Virus record (IMG/VR): IMGVR_UViG_3300032050_014001 | Coordinates: 1-64,000 of that record | Origin: a virus | Lineage: Duplodnaviria; Caudoviricetes | Length of the DNA: 64,000 nucleotides | Strand: one strand, 5' to 3' | In this document: in pieces, positions 57,333 through 64,000 of the stretch | Numbering within the stretch: the stretch's first letter is position 1 | Layout: every line of letters starts with the position of its first letter | Position numbers and translations under genes: made by a program | The notes under the pieces: model-generated | What the model was told of the DNA's origin: nothing | Database searches by the model: none | The model's input: only the letters and a program-made list of their open reading frames with translations

Positions 57333-58271
57333 ATGAACATTTTAGTTACAGGTGGATATGGTTTTATCGGTAGTAATTTTATTAATTTTATCGCTAAAAA
57401 AGATGAAGTAAAACAGATTTTGAATATTGATTCAATGACATATGCTGCGAATAAAAATAATGTTATTGATAATTCAAAAATTATTCCAACTTCACCGACT
57501 GACATCCGTGAAACAACATTTATCTCTAAATTACTAGACGAGCAACAAATCACACATATTATTCACTTTGCGGCTGAAAGTCATGTGGACAATAGTATTA
57601 ATGGACCAGAAGCTTTTATTAACACCAATATTAAGGGCACATTTTCTCTCCTAGAAGCGGCAAAACAATATGATAAATTAGAAAGATTTCATCATGTATC
57701 AACAGATGAAGTATATGGATCATTAGGACCTATAGGTTTTTTTAAAGAATCTACACCTTACAATCCACGGTCACCGTATTCAGCATCAAAAGCTGCTTCA
57801 GATCACTTAGTAAACGCCTATCATCATACCTACGGATTGAATACTACAATTAGCAATTGTTCCAATAATTATGGGCCCAATCAACACACAGAAAAATTGA
57901 TTCCAAAAATTATTACTAATTTAAATCAAAATAAAAAAATTCCAATTTACGGAACGGGTCAAAATGTTCGAGATTGGTTGTATGTAGAAGATCATTGTGA
58001 AGCTATTTGGAAGATACTTTTAAAAGGAAAATCTGGCGATACCTATAATGTAGGCGGTGATTGCGAGATGAATAATTTACAAATCGCAAAAGTTATTTGT
58101 AAATTATTAGGTAAAGATCCTGAAGAATATATAGAGTTTGTAGAAGACCGAAAAGGACATGACTTCAGATATGCTATTGACTTTTCAAAAATCAATAATG
58201 AATTGGGTTGGCTTCCAAAAATATCTTTTGAAACTGGACTCAAGAAGACTATTGATTTTTATATAAAATAA
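57333..58271 (+). CDS. rfbB: dTDP-glucose 4,6-dehydratase
   Basis: TGGYGFIG, HFAAESHVDNSI, STDEVYG, YSASK, NCSNNYGP, DRKGHDFRY. Confidence 0.95.
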   Translation: MNILVTGGYGFIGSNFINFIAKKDEVKQILNIDSMTYAANKNNVIDNSKIIPTSPTDIRETTFISKLLDEQQITHIIHFAAESHVDNSINGPEAFINTNIKGTFSLLEAAKQYDKLERFHHVSTDEVYGSLGPIGFFKESTPYNPRSPYSASKAASDHLVNAYHHTYGLNTTISNCSNNYGPNQHTEKLIPKIITNLNQNKKIPIYGTGQNVRDWLYVEDHCEAIWKILLKGKSGDTYNVGGDCEMNNLQIAKVICKLLGKDPEEYIEFVEDRKGHDFRYAIDFSKINNELGWLPKISFETGLKKTIDFYIK

Positions 58272-58284
58272 AGTTAATAAATAT

Positions 58285-59067
58285 ATGTCAAAAATAGGTT
58301 TAGGTATTCTTACGTATAAGAGACCTGATTACTTTAAAGAATGTATCAAACGAATTGATAATAGCAAAATAAATGAAATTGTGGTTGTCAACGACGGCAC
58401 ACCTTATGATTTTGATGTTCCTTATCATTTAATACAACATGCCAAAAACAAAGGAATTGGTATTTCAAAGAACGATGCTTTGAAATATTTGCAATCAAAA
58501 GACTGTGATTATTATTTTTTAATGGAGGATGATATCCTTATAAAGGACAATAATGTTTTTATAAAATATATAGAGGCTTCACTTGAAACAGGCATTCAAC
58601 ATTTTAATTATAGTCAACATGGATTGATGAATAAAAAACCAGGTACTGAAATTCCCAATCCTCGTACTAGAATTGATTATAAAAATAATGTATCTATAGA
58701 TTTGCATATGCATTGCGTTGGTGCATTTTCTTTTTATACTAAACGTTGTTTAGCTGAATCAGGATTAATGGATGATTTTTATTTTAATGCAACCGAACAT
58801 TTGGATCATACCTATACTATTATTAAAAAAGAGATGCATCCTCCTTTTTGGTGGTTTGCTGATATAGCTAATTCAAATCAATATCTAGAAGACTTTCCAT
58901 GGTCACCGTCTACTAGTACTATTTCACAAAGTAACAACCGTAGTGAAATTATTGCAAAGTCTTACGAACATTTTACTAAGAAACATGGTCATCATATATT
59001 ACAGACACCCAATTTACCTTTAGATCAGGTAAAGGAAAAATTAAAACAAATTTATAAAAACAAATGA
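58285..59067 (+). CDS. GT2-like glycosyltransferase
   Basis: ILTYKR, VVNDG, FLMEDD. Confidence 0.8.
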   Translation: MSKIGLGILTYKRPDYFKECIKRIDNSKINEIVVVNDGTPYDFDVPYHLIQHAKNKGIGISKNDALKYLQSKDCDYYFLMEDDILIKDNNVFIKYIEASLETGIQHFNYSQHGLMNKKPGTEIPNPRTRIDYKNNVSIDLHMHCVGAFSFYTKRCLAESGLMDDFYFNATEHLDHTYTIIKKEMHPPFWWFADIANSNQYLEDFPWSPSTSTISQSNNRSEIIAKSYEHFTKKHGHHILQTPNLPLDQVKEKLKQIYKNK

Positions 59068-59795
59068 ATGATATTACTTTAGCTACATGTTCATACAATA
59101 CACCAGATGTGACTTTAACTATGTTAAAGTCGTTTTTTAAATTTCATGATCAGACATCTGTTTTAGTTTGTGATAATTCTACAAATGATGATACTTCAAA
59201 ATTATTGCAAGATCATCGTGTTAATTTTATTAAAAATAAAAACGGATTACATGCACCATCAGTAGATATACTAATTGATAATTGTAAAACAAAATATATG
59301 CTATTGGTAGATACTGATATTATTTTTCTCAAAGCACACGAAGATATTTTCAAACAATTCAAATTAATGGATTTAACATTGATGGGAGAAATTTGTGGTG
59401 ATCGTGGCGGCAAGCGGCTACACAACAGAGTTCACCCGTGGCATTGTTTTATAAATATTGAAAAAATAAAAAATAAAAATATAAAATTTTTTGATATTGT
59501 CAGACACCAAAACAATAAGACAGATAAAATATATGATGTAGGGGCAACTTTTTTTGAAGATATAAAGAAAAATAATTTAAAAATAGGAAATGTAAATTTA
59601 CAAGATGTTTACTTTAAACATTACGAAGGTATGTCATGGCGAGTTTTAAAGTATGGAAAAAAAGACGGAAATATTGATCTAGATCCTTCTGCTACTCATA
59701 ATAATAGTGAATTGCTAAAATATGGTAAGTTTGTTGAAAGAATGTATCAAATTGAAATAGAAAATTATAAAAATAATAAAATACAAGCAATTTAA
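59064..59795 (+). CDS. GT2-like glycosyltransferase
   Basis: SYNT, VCDNS, LVDTD. Confidence 0.75.
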   Translation: MNDITLATCSYNTPDVTLTMLKSFFKFHDQTSVLVCDNSTNDDTSKLLQDHRVNFIKNKNGLHAPSVDILIDNCKTKYMLLVDTDIIFLKAHEDIFKQFKLMDLTLMGEICGDRGGKRLHNRVHPWHCFINIEKIKNKNIKFFDIVRHQNNKTDKIYDVGATFFEDIKKNNLKIGNVNLQDVYFKHYEGMSWRVLKYGKKDGNIDLDPSATHNNSELLKYGKFVERMYQIEIENYKNNKIQAI

Positions 59796-59812
59796 TTATA
59801 TAGGAGTTTTAT

Positions 59813-60646
59813 ATGTCAAGTAATATTACGTTCGTAACACATTTAAGATTAGATCATCAAGACAGAATAGATAATCTCCAAACTATTTTAAATTATTATT
59901 CTTTAAATTATCCTGAAGCTAAATTTATTTTTATTGAAGACGACTCTGAACACAGAAAAGAATTTGAACAAGTAAAATGGCCCATGGGCAGAACATCTTT
60001 TTACTTTATACCAAATGACAGCTTCTATTATAGAACAAGAGCTCTTAATTATGGAATTAAAAGAGCTAAAACTCCAATTGTAGTTTCCTTAGATACTGAT
60101 TGTATTGTTCCTGTAGATTCTTTTAATAAATGTGTTGTTTCTCTTTTAAAAGACGCAACTATCGCATGGCCATATAATGGATATTTTATTGATACCTCAT
60201 ATGCTCTTCATCAAAATTTTATTTCATCTGGTTACAAATATAATACTTTTTTTGAAAAACTTCCTGCAATATCTTCTTTAATGATGGGGAATTTTTACGG
60301 AGATTTATCCGTGAGATGTGATAATAAACATCACCAGGGAGTAGGGGGAATTGTTATGCTTAATAAAGAACGGTTTTTAGAAATTGGGGGATATAATGAA
60401 AAATTTATTTGTTGGGGCGCTGAAGATAATGAATTATTTACGCGATGTGATATTCTAAATCATAAAAAATTTAGAGATGAAGATTTAAATTCTATATGTT
60501 TTCATTTATTTCATAAAAATGCTATAAGATCGGTGCACCCCTACTATCAATCTAATTGTGACGAACTCACTAAAGTAGAAAAAATGAACAAAGAAGAATT
60601 GCAAAATTATATTAAAACATGGAAACAATATGAAGGTAAAACATAA
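59813..60646 (+). CDS. GT2/GT7-like glycosyltransferase
   Basis: LDTD, GGYNEKFICWGAEDNE, HLFH. Confidence 0.8.
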   Translation: MSSNITFVTHLRLDHQDRIDNLQTILNYYSLNYPEAKFIFIEDDSEHRKEFEQVKWPMGRTSFYFIPNDSFYYRTRALNYGIKRAKTPIVVSLDTDCIVPVDSFNKCVVSLLKDATIAWPYNGYFIDTSYALHQNFISSGYKYNTFFEKLPAISSLMMGNFYGDLSVRCDNKHHQGVGGIVMLNKERFLEIGGYNEKFICWGAEDNELFTRCDILNHKKFRDEDLNSICFHLFHKNAIRSVHPYYQSNCDELTKVEKMNKEELQNYIKTWKQYEGKT

Positions 60647-61508
60647 AGTTAAATTAACATGTAATTGGTGCTCTGACGAGGCATTGTATGAAAGATTTAC
60701 GCGTTGTTATGTAAGTGAACATAATTTTAATTCAGATATCCAATTTACAAATTCTAATACATATGATTGGTTAGTTATAATTAACGCTCCTCGTTACAAA
60801 ATTAATTTTCCTAAAGAAAAAACATTAGGAGTTATTATGGAACCTACATGGTCTCCGGCTCATCAAATGAGACCAACTTTAGAATATTATTGCAATCATA
60901 TTTTATTTCATAAAAAAACAGACAACTCCCAATACATTTTTCATCCGGGTTTACTACCTTACCATTTTGATTATGAAGTTGGAAATAATTTAGATTATTA
61001 TATAAATACTAAGTTTTTATCAAAAACAAAAAAATGTAGCATGGTTGTTACTTACAATGACAACAATATCCATCCTGAGTGTTTATATAAACAAAGAGTT
61101 AATTTTGCAAAATTAATTTTAAAAACAAATCTTGACGTAGACATTTATGGTACAGGTTGGGATACATGCGGGATTTTGGATCAAAGAATAAAAGGACAGC
61201 TTATTAATAAAAAAAATGGTCTACTTGATTATGAATTTTCAATTGCAATTGAAAATTGTGTAGAACAGGGGTTTTTTACAGAAAAAATTTCAGACTGTAT
61301 ATTGACAGATTCGACGCCCATATATTTTGGATGCCCCGATATTGATTTGTATTTAAATAATATTTGCAAATTAACACATCTAAATGACACAACAGAATTA
61401 GCTTCTATTTTAAACACAAAACCATTAGAACAACATAAAACAATTTTTGCAACAAAATATAATTTATATAGTGCAATTACCAAATATATAAAACATCAAA
61501 CCATATGA
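60630..61508 (+). CDS. GT10-like (fucosyltransferase-type) glycosyltransferase
   Basis: VDIYGTGW, YEFSIAIEN...TEKISD...PIYFG. Confidence 0.8.
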   Translation: MKVKHKVKLTCNWCSDEALYERFTRCYVSEHNFNSDIQFTNSNTYDWLVIINAPRYKINFPKEKTLGVIMEPTWSPAHQMRPTLEYYCNHILFHKKTDNSQYIFHPGLLPYHFDYEVGNNLDYYINTKFLSKTKKCSMVVTYNDNNIHPECLYKQRVNFAKLILKTNLDVDIYGTGWDTCGILDQRIKGQLINKKNGLLDYEFSIAIENCVEQGFFTEKISDCILTDSTPIYFGCPDIDLYLNNICKLTHLNDTTELASILNTKPLEQHKTIFATKYNLYSAITKYIKHQTI

Positions 61509-62239
61509 ACAATAAAATTCATTGCATATCTTATGCTTCAAATCATTTCATTCCGAGGTCTACTACTTTTTTGAATGAAGCAAACTCTTTTAATTTGTTT
61601 TCTTCAATTGATATACATTCTCCGGACACAATAACACAATCATTTAAAGAAAACTATAAAGATATATTAAAAATGCCTCGCGGAGGAGGATATTGGCTAT
61701 GGAAATTAGATATTTTGACTCAAAAATTTAATTCAATTTCTACAGGAGATATAGTATTTTACTTGGATGTTGGGTGCACCATAAACAATACCCCAAAATC
61801 TATGCATAGATTTTGGGAATATATTGATATAATTAACGATAATTCGTTTTTAAGATTTCAACTAACACATCCAGAGATTTGCTATACTAATAGCACAGCT
61901 TTGCAATTTTTTGCTAAAAAATATAAAATTAATTTGGATGATATTTCAAATACTAATCAATTTTCAGCCACAATTTTCGGAATGAAAAAAGATAATACTA
62001 GTTTAAACTTTTTAAACGAACTAACCAATATTATTAAAGAAAATCCGCATTTAATTACTGATGAGTATAATTTAATTTGTAAAAATGATAAATTCATTGA
62101 TCATCGGCATGATCAATCTCTATTGAGTCTACTTCATAAGTGTCTAAATTTAAAATATAGTATGCAAGATGAAACATATAGTTTAGATTGGTCAGAATTG
62201 TCTCATGTTCCTTTCTTGGCGACAAGAAAGAGATCATAA
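61505..62239 (+). CDS. Putative glycosyltransferase
   Basis: RGGGYWLWK, FYLDVG, HRHDQSLLS. Confidence 0.65.
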   Translation: MNNKIHCISYASNHFIPRSTTFLNEANSFNLFSSIDIHSPDTITQSFKENYKDILKMPRGGGYWLWKLDILTQKFNSISTGDIVFYLDVGCTINNTPKSMHRFWEYIDIINDNSFLRFQLTHPEICYTNSTALQFFAKKYKINLDDISNTNQFSATIFGMKKDNTSLNFLNELTNIIKENPHLITDEYNLICKNDKFIDHRHDQSLLSLLHKCLNLKYSMQDETYSLDWSELSHVPFLATRKRS

Positions 62240-62286
62240 ATTACATTTTTTATATTAAATTAATTAATTAATAATATAATATATAT

Positions 62287-62859
62287 ATGGAACATTTTTA
62301 TCAAAACATACAAGGTTGGTTTACTTTTCCAAAATTTTATTCTGAAATAGTTAAGCAAGCTAAAGATGGTTTTCACTTTGTTGAAGTTGGTTCATGGAAA
62401 GGTAAATCAACAGCATATCTTGCTGTTGAAATTATTAATTCAAATAAACAAATAAAATTTGATTGTGTAGATACTTGGGAAGGAGATAATGACATTAATT
62501 CTAGCTACAACGAACCTTTACTCAATATTCCCGATGGTTTATATAACCATTTTTTAGAAAATATAAATCCTGTTAAAGAATTTTTAAATCCTATTCGTCT
62601 TTCTTCTTTAGCTGCCTCTGCTTTGTATAGCGACAAAACATTAAATTGTGTTTTTATTGATGGTGCACACGACTACAAAAATGTATCCGATGATATTAAA
62701 CACTGGATATCTAAAATCAAACCAGGTGGTATTATTTCGGGTCATGATTATGCCCATCAGCCAGTCAAGGATGCGTTAAGAGATACAATTGGAGAGGATA
62801 AAGTTAAATATTTCGGAGAAGATGTTTGGTTTTATAAATTGCCGACTTATAACATTTAA
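62287..62859 (+). CDS. Class I SAM-dependent methyltransferase (Methyltransf_24-like)
   Basis: VEVGSWKGKS, FIDGAHDY, KPGGIISGHDY. Confidence 0.88.
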   Translation: MEHFYQNIQGWFTFPKFYSEIVKQAKDGFHFVEVGSWKGKSTAYLAVEIINSNKQIKFDCVDTWEGDNDINSSYNEPLLNIPDGLYNHFLENINPVKEFLNPIRLSSLAASALYSDKTLNCVFIDGAHDYKNVSDDIKHWISKIKPGGIISGHDYAHQPVKDALRDTIGEDKVKYFGEDVWFYKLPTYNI

Positions 62860-63029
62860 ATTTCTTTTTTTTGGAAATGCTCCTGTGTAATAAGTTTGTG
62901 ATACACTTGTTTTGTCATACTTGTTGTCTGATTTAAATCAAATCACATTCTTATACACATATATTCAAGATAGTTATTTGAATGAATTTTAGGCATGGAA
63001 ATAATTTTATTATTTCATATATATAAGAG

Positions 63030-64000
63030 ATGAAAAAAGTCCTAATAACAGGTATTACTGGACAAGATGGTTCATATCTTGCTGAACAACTTTTGGATAA
63101 AGGTTATCAAGTACATGGAATGGTCCGAAGAAGTTCTTCGTTTAATACCTCCCGTATTGATCATATTTATAAAGACTTACGGTTACATTATGGAGATGTA
63201 ACAGATACTTCTAACGTAAACCGTTTGCTTGAACAAATTGGACCAGATGAAATTTATAACTTAGCTGCACAGAGTCACGTAAGAGTATCATTTGACATTC
63301 CAGAATATACAGCACAAGTTGATGCGCTAGGAACTCTTAGATTTTTAGATGCAATTAAAGAAGTTGGTTTAAAAGATAAGACGAGATTTTATCAAGCATC
63401 AACTTCTGAATTATACGGTAAAATTCAAGAGTGTCCTCAAACAGAAAAAACTCCTTTCTATCCTCGTTCTCCATATGGAGTAGCAAAATTATTTGGTTAT
63501 TGGAGTGTTATTAACTATAGGGAATCTTATGGTATTCATGCTTCAAATGGAGTATTGTTTAACCATGAATCACCAAGAAGAGGAGAAACCTTTGTATCAA
63601 GAAAGATTACAAGAGCAGTTGGAAGAATTAAAGAAGGTTTGCAAGATTGTTTGTATCTTGGAAAATTAGATGCTAAACGAGATTGGGGATATGCCCCAGA
63701 ATACACAGACATGATGTGGAAAATGCTACAGCAAGATACTCCAGATGATTATGTTTGTGCTACAGGAGAAACAAATACTATTAGAAGATTTTGTAAAGAA
63801 TCATTTAAAGAAGTTGGAATTGATATTGAGTTTCGAGGCGAAGATGTAGAGGAAGAAGGCATTGACATAAAGACCGGAAAAGCTCTTGTAAAAATTGATC
63901 CAAGGTATTTTAGACCAGCAGAAGTAGATTTGTTATTAGGAGATGCCACTAAAGCTAAAGAAAAGCTTGGATGGGAACCTAAAGTTAAATTTGATGATTT
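63030..64000 (+). CDS. gmd: GDP-mannose 4,6-dehydratase (runs off the right edge; not in the ORF track)
   Basis: Manual translation [19 protein letters not shown]...YNLAAQSHV...QASTSELYG...SPYGVAK...[13 protein letters not shown]. Confidence 0.96.
   Translation, partial: MKKVLITGITGQDGSYLAEQLLDKGYQVHGMVRRSSSFNTSRIDHIYKDLRLHYGDVTDTSNVNRLLEQIGPDEIYNLAAQSHVRVSFDIPEYTAQVDALGTLRFLDAIKEVGLKDKTRFYQASTSELYGKIQECPQTEKTPFYPRSPYGVAKLFGYWSVINYRESYGIHASNGVLFNHESPRRGETFVSRKITRAVGRIKEGLQDCLYLGKLDAKRDWGYAPEYTDMMWKMLQQDTPDDYVCATGETNTIRRFCKESFKEVGIDIEFRGEDVEEEGIDIKTGKALVKIDPRYFRPAEVDLLLGDATKAKEKLGWEPKVKFDD

Noticed and set aside
62860-63029. tRNA, ncRNA or small gene in the largest intergenic gap
   Set aside because: No cloverleaf, strong hairpin or convincing ORF was found by eye; a covariance-model search would be needed to exclude an RNA.
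2156-63949. Numerous short antisense or out-of-frame ORFs of 60-150 aa nested in larger genes
   Set aside because: They lie within well-supported genes, have atypical composition and lack the promoter signature.
1-64000. Stop-codon reassignment
   Set aside because: Core genes are intact under the standard code, coding density is high, and TAA, TAG and TGA all end genes.

Overview
An AT-rich, gene-dense fragment of a large T4-like (contractile-tailed) bacteriophage genome; no cellular housekeeping genes, rRNA, tRNA or CRISPR array were seen. From left to right: a truncated dUTPase; a minus-strand tail/baseplate module (sheath, tube, hub, tape measure, lytic transglycosylase) with terminase and a neck protein; a long tail fibre with tandem repeats; a T4-type replication/recombination cluster (primase, clamp, SSB, helicase, UvsX, family B polymerase, gp46/47, late sigma gp55, UvsW/UvsY); dispersed 7-deazaguanine genes (folE, queD, queE, queC plus a stand-alone class II glutamine amidotransferase); three tail-collar paralogs; phoH; and a sugar-nucleotide/glycosyltransferase cluster running off the right edge. 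The most notable observations are: (1) promoters sit 5-10 nt from start codons with almost no Shine-Dalgarno sites, suggesting genome-wide leaderless expression; (2) a dispersed set of late-promoter orphan genes has capsid-targeting-like N-termini, including a ligase-like enzyme; (3) the deazaguanine pathway is atypical (QueC lacking three Zn cysteines, a GATase-glycosyltransferase pair, Nudix and kinase beside queE, no dpdA in the window); (4) a candidate RF2-style +1 frameshift in the neck gene; (5) L-S-[A/G/S] enrichment in virion proteins alongside a glycosylation cluster; (6) a catalytically degenerate DHH protein beside the helicase. All functional calls come from motif recognition by eye; no searches were run.
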